NCBI GenBank assembly: GCA_951406725.2
Contig: OX597834.1
Location: forward strand, 9,734,001-9,798,000
Length of the DNA stretch: 64,000 nt
Reading direction: 5' to 3'
Origin: Octopus vulgaris
Taxonomy: Eukaryota
Shown here: piece by piece, positions 12,897-25,440 of the stretch
Layout: the number at the start of each line of letters is the position of its first letter
How positions within the stretch are numbered: position 1 is the stretch's first letter
Notes under the pieces: model-generated
Told to the model about the DNA's origin: nothing
The model's input: only the letters and a program-made list of their open reading frames with translations
The model's database searches: none
Program-made: the position numbers and the translations under genes

Positions 12897-13011
12897 CTCG
12901 TATTGCTTCGGGACCGGATCTGGTTTATCTGTTAGATGTACGCACGACTTTAAATTTCACTGAATCCCACTGTGGATGCAGAGCTCGGAGTTTGTCACAA
13001 ATACTCGAGAC
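12897..13011 (-). other. Candidate 115-nt non-coding (UTR/lncRNA) exon
   Basis: Acceptor TTCTTTTCGTTTCAG|G and donor GAG|GTAAGA bracket a unique, relatively GC-rich segment; stops in all three frames. Confidence 0.4.
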
Positions 13012-13174
13012 CTGAAACGAAAGAATTAATTCTAGATTACTGGTTTTCTTGCTAACGTGTTTACTTCAAGTATAATACGCTTTTAGCATTTTATGTTCTT
13101 ACATTTGACTGCAATCATGTTGGGGCACAGCCTTGAAGGGTTTGGAATCTGATCTTGAGTGACGTCATTATAGA

Positions 13175-13484
13175 CACAGGCCATGGGATTGCACCTAGAA
13201 AGTTACCCTTCCAGCCACAAGTCCGAGCAAGGTAGCTTATGGAAGACCAGCAGTCACCCATGCATACCGACCTCCCCTCTCCACGCCACCAGTGTTATCC
13301 AAGGGGAAGGCAAAGGGGCCGATACAGCTTGGCGCTTGTGACGTCGCAACTCATTTCTACAGCTGTGTGAACTGGAGCAATGTGAAATGAAGTGTCTTGC
13401 TCAAGAACACAACACGCAGCCTGGTCCGGGATTCGAGCTCACAACCTCACGATCGTAAGCTCGACTCTCTAACTACTGAGCCAT
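13175..13484 (-). mobile_element. SINE type E, full length
   Basis: Reverse complement ATGGCTCAGTAGTTAGAG...TCGAATCCC, CORE-like block, tail CTTTCTAGGTGCAATCCCATGG. Confidence 0.85.
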
Positions 13485-13497
13485 ATATATATATATA

Positions 13498-13730
13498 CTT
13501 TATTTAAAAGCAGCAGAAATTCAACAAAACATGTTACTCGGAGTTTCACGTTCCCGTTCGTCAGACAGTTTTTCCCATCTCGTTAAAAAGCTGTCCGACG
13601 AACGGGAACGTGAAACTCCGAGTAATAGGTTTTGTTGAATTTCTGCTGCTTTTAAATAAAGCATATTACTCTACCCCTGGTATTTGAGTACTCTTTTTTC
13701 CACCTTGTTTCACATTTATGTGTTTACTCC

Positions 13731-13732
<2 letters not shown>
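13498..13732 (+). mobile_element. Penelope-like terminus with inverted partial duplication and two hammerhead motifs
   Basis: Arms 13498-13573 and 13585-13661 are inverted copies; each has C(T/C)GACGA-ACG-GGAA-CGT-GAAACTCCGAGTA; flanked by (TA)n on both sides. Confidence 0.75.
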
Positions 13733-13767
<35 letters not shown>

Positions 13768-14499
13768 AGAGAGAGAGAGAGAAACTACTCATTCTCATGT
13801 CTATGTAATACTTCCCAATCTGAAGTGCTTTCCATGAAAATATTGCTCTCATCCTTCAAGTCAACTGTATACACGCATATAAAAACTTGTATGCACAGCA
13901 AATCACATTCTTATGTTCGTCCATACATGCCTATATATATTCTCTCATACACATTCACACATATGCTCACATTCTGTTTTTTTTTTCTATATTTAATTTT
14001 TTTCTCCGTCTTTTTTATATATTTCGTTCTGAGAACATAAAAACCAATTAGAATTCAGGTAGTGTCAGGCATAATGATATTTTAATGAAAACTATCTCAG
14101 ATTGGTTTCCCAGATTGAATAATAAATGAGTTTGATAGAAAAATAAGAATTCATTAAAATATATTCGTATCTTGTAGAAATAACTTATACCAATATCGCT
14201 GTCTTATTTCTTCATCCCTCTTAATATTTTTGTTTGTATTCACTTAATCGAAGTGTCTTATTGGAATTAACTGATAGATTAAATTTGTGTGTTTTTAGTA
14301 ATCCTATCACTTATTTGCGTTCATTATAAATTTAAGTGAAATATATGAGAATATAGCTATAGTTCGTACTTTAGACGGTCCAGCCACGTATGGTTGTGAT
14401 GGAGTCTGTTCTAAAGATTGTGTTATTAGTAACACTCTGAAAGCATGATCTACAAAAACATACAGAGTCAAGCACTTACACGCATATATTCATGTATAT

Positions 14500-14890
14500 A
14501 TAAGCCTATATACATATATATATATATACATACATATAGGGTTTGTTTACATGCTATACGTATATATATATATATATGCATACGCACACACACACACACA
14601 CATATATATATATACACATATACGGTTTGTTTACATGCTATACGTATATATATGATATATATATATATACATACATACATATAAGTATACATACATACAT
14701 ATATACATACATATAAATATACATATATAAATACATATAAACATACATATATAAATACATATAAATATACATATATACATACATATAAATATACATATAT
14801 ACATACATATAAATATACATATACATACATATAAATATACATATACATACATATAAATATACATATACATACATATAAATATACATATAC

Positions 14891-14929
<39 letters not shown>

Positions 14930-14965
14930 TATAGATAGACAGCCATAACGATAGATAGATAGACA
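14500..14965. repeat. TA/CA-rich minisatellite
   Basis: Repeats of ATACATATAAATATACAT and duplicated GGTTTGTTTACATGCTATACG. Confidence 0.9.
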
Positions 14966-15756
14966 GATATGTCCAGACTTAATTAGAACATCTGAATATT
15001 GCTACAAATATAAGTTGTTGCGTAGACGTCAGGTCAGACATTTCGAGACAAGAAACATTCGATTAAATCAACATCTGCACTTTATTGATACGTCTTTTAT
15101 TGAAACAGGAAAGCTTAACCAGCAGAGAATCGACTTTGGTTAGTATTTAGCAGAGAAGTGAATTAATTAATCATCGCTATGTACCTATAATTTATCAGTA
15201 CGAACTAATAATTTCATCGGAAACTTCTCTTGTTATCGTTGCTGAGCCACAAATAATCCTTCACGGAGAAACATTTTATTGTATAATCACTCTACCTATT
15301 ATCCTAATATTATGTATCTTTGGCTATGTTACAAATTGTGAAGTTTTATGATTGTAGGGTTTCATTTGCGAGATATCTGACAGCTGTTCCTATCACGATG
15401 AACGGGAACTGTGTTCCCACATCTGTTTACTTTTAAACATATGCTGACAACTCTGCTAGCGTGGCAAACTGTTGTACATTACTTCTTGATATCTACGAGT
15501 AATTTTTGAACGATGGGATATGCCTTGCTATTGCACGATGTGATGCTTCAAGCAGCAGTTTGTATTCTATATATTGAAATATTAAAAAATAATACGAATG
15601 AATTACACTTTGAAGTCGTTAAAGAAATTTGGACGAAACTAGCCATTTTTCTTGTAGTGTTACATTATTTTTACGCAAATAATATTATGAACACTATATA
15701 TCTTTACATTTTTGCATAAATAAACATGCATTTCTCATATACGAGTATATATTTAT

Positions 15757-15956
15757 TCTTTTACTATTTTACTTGTTTCACTCATTTGCCTGTGGCCATG
15801 CTGGACTTATTCGTTGTAAGCCTAGTACTTATTCTATTGTTTTCTTTTGCCGAACCGCTAAGTTAGGATACGTAAACACACCAACAACGGTTGTCAAGCG
15901 ATGTTGGGAGGACAAACACAGACACAAACATATATGCACACACCTAAATACGTACG

Positions 15957-16003
<47 letters not shown>

Positions 16004-16166
16004 GACGGTCTTATTTCCGTTTCCGCCGACCAAATCCACTCACAAGGCTTTGGTCGGCCCTAGGCTATAGTAGAAGACACTTGCCCAAGATGCCACGCAG
16101 TGGTACTGAACGCGGAACAACGTGGTTCGTAAGCAAGCTACTTACAGTACAGCCACTCCTACGCCT
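15757..16166 (-). mobile_element. SINE type B
   Basis: Colinear with 8330-8763; internal (TA)n(CA)n. Confidence 0.9.
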
Positions 16167-16479
16167 ATTTATAATATATTTTCTTGTAAAATTTAAAAAT
16201 AATACACACTCTGTCTCACCTGTTTTTGAATCAACGCATATAGTTTTATCAATTATTCTGTATTATGAAACAAATATTCTTAATGATATTCAAGCGCTCA
16301 CGTGTTTAATAAATATCGCATTTAATCTTTCAGTCTCCACAATCCCGCATACATCCACAACGTGAAATACGTTGAAGTTTCACTACCCTAAAATTAACTC
16401 TATTTTCTTCATCGAGTCTCTTTTTGTTCACAATTGTTTATATCTACCCTCTCTATCTCTGTCTCTCTACATACATACA

Positions 16480-16510
<31 letters not shown>

Positions 16511-17651
16511 GTGTTTAGATTCATGCACACTTAAACACAGTTTTAAACACACATACAGACGCACATTTCTTCATGCATACACGTCATCAAAAAAGCTTTC
16601 CCATTCACAGATGTCTCATAGTAACATATGTTATACGGTTTCTCATGCAGAATATTCCGACGATGATTTTTCACATTCAAATTACCCTAAAGCATACAAG
16701 ATAAAAAGTAAGATATTCGTCATCAGACGACCGATGTGACTTGGATACAATATCAAACTTGAAATTTGCAGAGATAACAGTAAACATGTTTACCTTTTTA
16801 GCGCTTTTGTTGCTACTTTTACGATTTTCTGTGTCGGCTGCCCCCAAGTCTTTCCTGAGCAAGATAACGTTTGATAAAATTCGTACAAGCTGCATTCACA
16901 GAATCTTCTAAAAGATAGCTTATTTTGAAATATGTTATCAAATTTGGCACTTCAATATCAAATGTGTCTAAGGTTTTGATTTGAGCAAAGATGCCCTGTT
17001 AATCCCCAATAAGTTGAACGTTCTTCTAGAAGAACTGTCATTTGTTCAGAAGCAATAGAAATTGCTGTTGCTTAACCTACATCAAAAGTAGTCCAAATGT
17101 GACCATCGCGTCTTCTTTTTTTATCGTAGAGTACATTATCTAACGTGTGGTCTCCTTGTTTTGATTAGATAGGAATGTGTTCTGAGAGATATTTTGCTTC
17201 CATTTTAGAGCTGGTTGATCTGTTGCATCTAAGGTGTCGCCTTAAGCAAGCGAGAAAAGAACTTTATCATTGCATCTTTAATAGAAAACCACAAGCAAAA
17301 ATATATTCTGCACTGAAGCAGTGACATATACCATACTTTATCTCATCGATTTTATAGTTGAACACAGGCTATATAAATTATGATAAATGAGACTTTCGAT
17401 CGAAATTATTTACTGTGAAATACATGGCACATATTTGCATCAAATAAGAATGATTCATTAGTATTCTTCTGTCTGTGCCAGAGACAAGGAACTTGACCAG
17501 TTGTTCTCAATAGGTGAACTGAGGTGTATTGATTCAAATAAATGGGCAAAGTGTTCTGCCGCAGATATACAAAGAAAATATTGTTTAAGGATTTAGATAT
17601 TACGTATTAATTCCTGGGCGTCTTAAAAATGTTATTCGTAACATTTTATGA

Positions 17652-18147
17652 GGAGGCGCGTGGTTTAGTGGTTAGGGTGTCAGCACCATGATCGTAAGAT
17701 TGTGGTTTCGATTCCTGGACCGTGTGACGCGTTGTGTTCTTGAGCAAAACACTTCATTACACGTTGCTGGCAAAAATGTGTAACACTGCGTTGGACTGGC
17801 GTCCCGTCCAGCTGGGGAACACATACGCCATAGAAACCGGGAAACCGGGCCCATGAGTCTGACTAGGCTTTAAAAGGGCGCATTGGAGGCGCGTTGCTTA
17901 GTGGTTAGGGTGTCAGCATCATGATCGTAATATTGTGGTTTCGACTCCTGGACCGAGTGACGCGTTGTGTTCTTGAGCAAAACACTTCATTTCACGTTGC
18001 TCCAGTCCACTCAGCTGGCAAAAATGTGTAACGCTGCGATGGACTGGCGTCCCGTCCAACTGGGGAACACATGCGCCATAGAAACCGGGAAACCGGGCCC
18101 ATGAGCCTGGCCAGGCTTTAAAAGGACGCATTTATTATTATTTATTA
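17652..18147 (+). mobile_element. Head-to-tail dimer of CORE-like SINE type C (17652-17883 and 17885-18131 plus tail)
   Basis: Each unit has GGAGGCGCGTGGTTTAGTGG (A box), GGTTTCGATTCC (B box), GTGTTCTTGAGCAAAACACTT and tail ...GATGGACTGGCGTCCCGTCC...AAAAGGGCGCAT; one flanking TSD TAACAT(T/G)TTATG. Confidence 0.9.
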
Positions 18148-18205
18148 TAACATGTTATGCACGGGTATTATTTATGAAAGAAGATGAGGAATGCCTTTAT
18201 AGATA

Positions 18206-18475
18206 CAGGGATTCCTCGACTTGCGCGAGCCAACTTTTGATACCGAGGGTTCAGGTTGCGCGAGTTGTATCCTTGACTTGCGCTTGTTGTAAAAATATTT
18301 ATTATCCATGGTTGAATTGCCTTGTCTGTTATCTTGTTATCGATCCATCATTTCAAATATACGTAAAGTAAAAATAATTGTATTTGAGTAATTGATAACA
18401 ATATTTGTTACTCGACTTGCGCGAATTTCGAATTGCGCGTCCCCCAATAACTCGCGCAAGTCGAGGAATCCCCTA
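18206..18475. mobile_element. Tigger/pogo-like MITE
   Basis: TA|CAGGGATTCCTCGACTTGCGCGAG ... CTCGCGCAAGTCGAGGAATCCCCTA terminal inverted repeats (TIRs); internal subterminal TCGACTTGCGCG repeats. Confidence 0.85.
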
Positions 18476-19455
18476 TCTTCAAAATGTTAAGTTTAAAATT
18501 ACACATATTTTAAATTAAACTTCAAAATGTAGTAAATTTTGAAAAAAAAACACTGAGTTTTGCTAAAGTCCTGTATGATAAAAGAAAATCTTTAAATCAT
18601 TAATCCAGAATTATATTTTAATGCAAGTTTAATGCTTTCAATTTGTGAAATTAAAAGCACTCAATATTTCTCAGTACTAATAATATTCTAACTCTTACAA
18701 TTCTGTTGTTCCTAAAAATATATTCTACACGCCTGGTGTAGATTCTTTCTCTTTTGGTCCAGGGAAATAGTTCACCTGATTACACCGTAATCATACTTTC
18801 CTATGCATCATACGTACGAGAAGATATTACGGTAGATATTCACATCCGTTTTCAATACTTTAAATAGGGGAGTTGATTACTTCCTACATGTATTGGAGAA
18901 AATCTCTTGTCTAAAGCTGGCTTCTCCGAGAGCAATATTGCAACTACGCTCAGCAATATAATGATATGCATAGCAATTTACACAAACGTTCAACCCGCGT
19001 ACAATGGTTATATTAAATTTTCTCTTCTAATCCACCATTTTCGAAGGATCTATTACGAACTGAATAGATCCTTTTGAATATTTTTATATTGTGAGAAACA
19101 CAAAGAAAGGGAATCATAGATTCCTTGATATGATTTTTCGTCTTTAAAGCCAGCAGATCCACGTGACTATGTTTCGATTCACATATAATTCACAAGCTAA
19201 GTGGGAGGAGAACACGTTTGGCAATGAGTAGGTTTTACGGAATGTTTTTATTATTGTGGCTTAGAGAGAAACCAGATAACGCCTTCAGGGTTATTTTCAC
19301 ACCGAATCGTTCAAATTCTTGAGTGGACCCTTTCGAAATGAAGCTTCGTCCAGGTAATCGTATTGAATGAAATGCGGGATTAAGTTTACCACAACAACAG
19401 AAATTCCATTAGATTGATTACACATAAGATCATGCGTGAAAACAGTGGTTCGCAG

Positions 19456-19507
<52 letters not shown>

Positions 19508-19667
19508 AGGCATGCTGATTATTAGATGCTACATGTATAACGTGAAACATTCTAGCGTTTAATGTTCACCGAAAGATATAAAACTGGCAGCACAATCAGA
19601 TACACATCCGCGCATTTGTGTTTGATTCAGCTACGAATTTCTCGAATTTCTTTCTCTCTCTCTCTAT

Positions 19668-19697
19668 TATATATATATGTGTGTGTGTATATATGTG

Positions 19698-19738
<41 letters not shown>

Positions 19739-20003
19739 GTGTATATATGTGTATATATGTGTATGTGTGTATATATGTGTATATATATGTATGTGTGTAT
19801 ATATGTGTATATATATGTATGTGTATATATGTGTATATGTGTATATGTGTATATATGTGTATATATATGTATGTGTATATATATGTGTATATGTGTATAT
19901 ATGTGTATATATATGTATGTGTATATATATGAATATATATGTGTATATGTATATATATGTGTATGTGTATATATATGTGTATATGTATATATATGTGTAT
20001 ATG

Positions 20004-20036
<33 letters not shown>

Positions 20037-20100
20037 ATAATTATTGTACTATGAATGTGTGCGTGCGTGTATGTACAAAGAGAGAGAGAGAGAGATGTAA
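19668..20100. repeat. (TA)/(TG) compound microsatellite
   Basis: GTATATATGT-type units. Confidence 0.95.
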
Positions 20101-20189
20101 ATCTGTGTGTGTATTTGTACATTCGCACATATGAAGTAAAAATGATTGACACTTAATTAGAAATTAGATTTTATGGCACAGCTTTACAT

Positions 20190-21540
20190 GCTCGATGCTT
20201 CAGTGTCCACACTGCGAAAACAGTGACAAAGAACACTCGAACGCAAACACGTATGAGTGTGGCTGTATATGCACCTGTCTATATGTCTGTATATGCGTGT
20301 GCTTTTCAGAGTGAGGTGGGGAGAGAGAGAGAGATCTTGATGAAGAACTAAGGATGTGTAAAGAAATGTTGCTCTGAAACGTCATCGTTGAACAGACTTC
20401 AAGACGTATTAGCTTAATAGAAGAATACAAAGCCTTGATATGATCAAATAATGTTTCTATTGTCGACATATTTGACACACTTTTATCGGAAATACCTTAC
20501 GTCTTATTAACTTACCTGTCAATGTTATTTAATACAATAGACCGAAACAGAGTGTCAGAGCCATGATTTCATCGGAATATTATTTAGTTTCATTCTTTAC
20601 AGTGTTTAGTTTCGTCACAGAACTATATCCGAGTTCGAATCATATGTTAATGAATTTTGTGAATACATTTGAAAAAAAGAACACGTTTAGATTGTTTTGT
20701 AGACTTGAATCAGACCTGCAGTAGAGATGGCATGTTTGTTGATGAGGTCGCGTATGTTGACGAAATGACTTTCTCAAATCAAGCCGTCTCATTGGATGAC
20801 AGCACGATTAATCAAATAGTCGATTAGTTTCTTTTTCAAATACGAGCAAAACGATCCGGTTTCATTCGGGTTATAAACTCATAGCCTTAACGCAGTACTA
20901 AGATGTACACAAACACACACGCGCACAAACACACATACATACATACATACATATATACATACATACAAATATATATATAGGTGCAGGAGTGGCTGTGTGG
21001 TTCCGGGTTCAGTCCCACTGTGTGGCATCTTGGGCAAGTGTCTTCTACTATAGCTTCGGGCCGACCAAAGCCTTGTGAGTTGATTTGGTAGACGGAAACT
21101 GAAAGAAGCCCGTCGTATATATATATATATATATATATATATACGTGTGTGTGTCTGTGTTTGTCCCCCTAGCATTGCTTGACAACCGATGATGGTGTGT
21201 TTACGTTCCCGTCACTTAGCGGTTCGTCAAAAGAGACCGATAGAATAAGTACTGGGCTTACAAAGAATAAGTCCCGCGGTCGATTTGCTCGACTAAAGGT
21301 CATGCTCCAGCATGGCCAGTCAAATGACTGAAACAAATAAAAGAGTAAAAGAGTAAGAATATATTCTTTACACATCCTTGCTTCCTCATCAAAATCTCTC
21401 TCCCCACCTCCCTCTCTCTCTGAAAAACACGCGCATACACAGATATATAGACATGTGCATATACACACACAATCATATGTATTTGTGTTCGAGTGTTTCT
21501 TTGTCACTGTTTTCACAGTGTGGACACTGAAACATCGAGC
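20190..21540. repeat. Inverted duplication, arms 20190-20365 and 21364-21540
   Basis: GCTCGATGCTTCAGTGTCCACACTG...AAGGATGTGTAAAGAA is the diverged reverse complement of TTCTTTACACATCCTT...CAGTGTGGACACTGAAACATCGAGC. Confidence 0.9.
20978..21360 (+). mobile_element. SINE type B with short deletion in the tRNA head
   Basis: GGTGCAGGAGTGGCTGTGTGG joined directly to TTCCGGGTTCAGTCCC; tail AAAAGAGTAAAAGAGT. Confidence 0.9.
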
Positions 21541-22053
21541 TAGAGTCACCTAACACAGACACGATTAACCCTACTGGTCAGCATGGCTGAAGCCCAGTAA
21601 CTGAACCAAATAAAACAAAATAAAAAAAGATAAAACGTAACCTTAAAGTATGCAACAGGGGACAGTATTCTCGCATGTATACTTTAACCTTTTGAAATTA
21701 TAGCGTTATTTGAAAAAGTTTTGACTGCTATTTCTACCAGGTCTAGCAGCCATGTACAGTGGCTCTGACTACCTGGTTCAGAAAAGGAAAGAGTGATATG
21801 TATAGGCAAACTCCACATGGTAGAGCAACACGGAAATGTCGTGCAGTGTTTGTTTACGTTCCGCTCTATGTTGATTTCATACACAAATCCAAGGGCGATT
21901 TTTCACTTCCCAGTTTAATGGCGAAGACTCTCTGCGTAGAGTAGCTGTGAAGCACAAGATCGAGGTACTCTAGCTGTCTCTCACCAGCCCCAAAATGTGT
22001 GTTTTTGTGCCATATGTAATATCCTTGACAGAAACTTATTCGTTCAGTATGAC

Positions 22054-22520
22054 AAATACAAAGATCATTAAAATTACACGTCTGAATGAAACAGTATTTC
22101 CTACAATTACTTACACTCAACGAGAGAGCGGTGTATGTTGAAAGACCGGCAGAGCGGCTGAGAAATTACTTTGTGGTAATCAGAATGTAAAGAGCCGTAA
22201 CTAAATACTATGAAGCATGTTTTAAAGATTGTCTAACTATTCTACCACCCACTACCCGCCTTTCGGCTAATTTTTGGCTTTTAAATTAAGTCGCAGACAG
22301 ATATGTGATTATAGCGATCCCAGTGTGAGAAAATACAAAGATCATTAAAATTACACGTCTGAATGAAACAGTATTTCCTACAATTACTTACACTGAACGA
22401 GAGAGCGGTGTATGTTGAAAAACCGGCAGAGCGGCTGAGAAATTACTTTGTGGTAATCAGAATGTCTTTTAAATTAAGTCGCAGACAGATTTGTGATTAT
22501 AGCGATCCCAGTGTGAGAAA
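22054..22520. repeat. Tandem duplication (277-bp unit plus ~190-bp unit lacking 89 bp)
   Basis: AAATACAAAGATCATTAAAATTACACG at 22054 and 22331; 22189-22277 is present only in the first unit. Confidence 0.95.
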
Positions 22521-22629
22521 AGTAAAACTTCCACCTCAGCAAGATTCATCTGCCAATCTACTTCCGTTATTTGCATTGAAGATTAATAAAACCACTCTTC
22601 TTTCTGCTTTATTATATTATCAATGTAAA

Positions 22630-23125
22630 AGGCAGTGACCTGGCAGAATCGTTACAGCGCCGTGCAAAATATTTAGCAGCTTTTCAACCGCCTCTCCGTT
22701 CGGATTTCAAATTTACCACCGAGGTAAACGCTACCTTTCATACTTCCGCAGTCGTTAAAATAAGAAATCAGTCAAGTACTGTAATCTATCTAATCCGCTA
22801 TCCCCCTATTCCAAAATAACAGGTCGTGTGCCTATTAGAGAAAGGATTATATTATTAATTTAGAAGGCGGTGATCTGACAGAATCGTTACAGCGTTGTGC
22901 AAAATGTTTAGTGGTATTTCATCCTTTGCCTCTCGACTTTTAAATTCTATACATTAAGTACTAGTCAACCACTAGAGTAGATACAATTCACAAGCCTTTT
23001 CTCCGTAAGTGTTAGTTCTTGCTTGTATCTATAGTAAAAAGGATTACATTAGCAGTGAAAAAGCGAAGGGCTGCCAGAATCGATAAAATATGGTACAAAA
23101 TATTGGCGGTATTTCTCCTGAATAA
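22630..23125 (+). mobile_element. Cluster of old SINE type A copies
   Basis: Repeated AAGGC(A/G)GTGA(C/T)CTG(G/A)CAGAATCGTTACAGCG heads at ~22630 and ~22865, fragment at ~23065. Confidence 0.65.
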
Positions 23126-23149
23126 TTGATTCACGTTCTTTTCTTCTTT

Positions 23150-23646
<497 letters not shown>

Positions 23647-23982
23647 GATGTGTTCATAAACCATGGAGTCAATTTTATTTTTTCAACTTTCTGGAATAGA
23701 TGACAAAAATTTCAAAATAAATTAAGCCAGTCGTTACTACGCCGTCTATCTTAACGTTCTGAGATCAGATTCCGCCTAGGTTGTCTTTGCATTTCATCAT
23801 TTCGGGGTCGAGCATTAGGGTGGATACAATTGACTGCATTGTTCCAGTGGTGCAGACCAGGTGTTGATAAAATAAGTATCACATTAGCACGGTATCGATG
23901 TAATCGACTAGCAGCCTCGCCTGAAATTGCTGGCCTCGCACCAAAATCTGAAATCAGTATAAAATCTTTGTTTAGAACGATT

Positions 23983-24400
23983 GGATCTTTTCGGTTAGAA
24001 CGACATTTTTAACATAATTTCTAGGTAACTAAAAAATTTTAAACTTCGTATACTGGTAGAATGTGTTTATAAAACATCTTTTTCTCTTTGGCTTTATTGA
24101 GAAAATTCTATGGTTTGTAAGATATTTGCTGTTTTTTTCTTCAATTTCTACAATTTCAACCAATCAATGACGTCCATTGAGGTAAACATTCTGTGCCGTA
24201 TGAATATGTCCCCCGTTTAAGAAACAGATTGGGTTTATTTATATTTGTGAAGTAAAAAAGATACCCTTGCCCCCATCCCTAAACCTAACTAACCCTAACC
24301 CAGATTGAAGTGCAATAGATCGATACTAGGGTCATAATTATGGGGGACAATTTCATATGACACCGCTAGAAAAAAACTGCCGTTCAAACCAAAAAGATCC
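23983..24400. mobile_element. MITE, 418 bp, with GGATC... TIRs and 8-bp TSD (Merlin- or hAT-like)
   Basis: TIRs GGATCTTTTCGGTTAGAACG / CGTTCAAACCAAAAAGATCC; TSD GAACGATT at 23975-23982 and 24401-24408; internal CCCTAA repeats. Confidence 0.9.
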
Positions 24401-25143
24401 GAACGATTTTATATTGCAGTGTTTGGAACGGGAATCGAAACCGGAATGATAATCTCGATTCGACACATCTTGGTAACATCTAGTACTACAGCAATCACTT
24501 TCAAACTATACAAAACTGGGGTGGGGGCGGAGGATAGTAAATAAGCTCATAGAAGAAGATTGAAAAGATATTATTTTAAAAGGACCCCAGGGATTCACAC
24601 ATCAGATCGGTATTCTGTTATAAATATCTTTGAAAAGCAATCTGAGAAATAACTTACATAGACGATGTTTATGTATATATTTTTTTTTAGTATTTTTATG
24701 ATATTTTAAGTTTTTATCTATTTATTTGTTAGTTATTATTCACCAAAATGAAGTATGAGATATCGTATTACACATTAAGGAAATTATATTTTTGCGGAGC
24801 GAATTCTTGATGTAATTGGTTTAAAAATTGGTTTAACGTAAAAATTATTCCTCGTAGAAATCTGAGTAACTGATTCAAATATATTCTAGGCTAAGTAATT
24901 TACTACTAAAATTATATCCGTCAGAAACTGTGTGAATATCAATTATTACTTCATCTAGAATCAGATGCTGGTGAGGCTATTTCAGGCTAAAATAAAGTTA
25001 ATTATGAGTTTCATACTATCTCAGGTAGTAACTTTCACTGTTCTGTTTAATAATTTCAGCTTCAGACGAATGGCTGCAACCATGCTGTAGCACCACCTAG
25101 ATTTTCCGTTACTTTATCACGAACCACCTATATACATACTACA

Positions 25144-25440
25144 TATAGTTTGAAAGTGATTGCTGTAGTACTAGATGTTACCAAGATGTGTCGAATCGAG
25201 ATTATCATTCCGGTTTCGAGTCCCGTTTCAAACACTTCAATATAAAATCGTTCGGATCTTTTTGGTTTGAACGGCAGTTTTTTTCTAGCGGTGTCATATG
25301 AAATTGTCCCCCATAATTATGACCCTAGTATCGATCTATTGCATTTCAATTTGTTTTAGGGTTGCGGTTAGTTAGGGTGATAGGTGGGGAGAAGGTATCT
25401 TTTTTTTCTTCACAAATATAAATAAACCCAATCAGTTTCT
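25144..25440 (-). repeat. Inverted copy of 24220-24510 (MITE right half, TSD and ~100 bp flank)
   Basis: TATAGTTTGAAAGTGATTGCTGTAGTACTAG...AATCGTTCGGATCTTTTTGG is the reverse complement of the sequence around and right of the first MITE's end. Confidence 0.92.
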
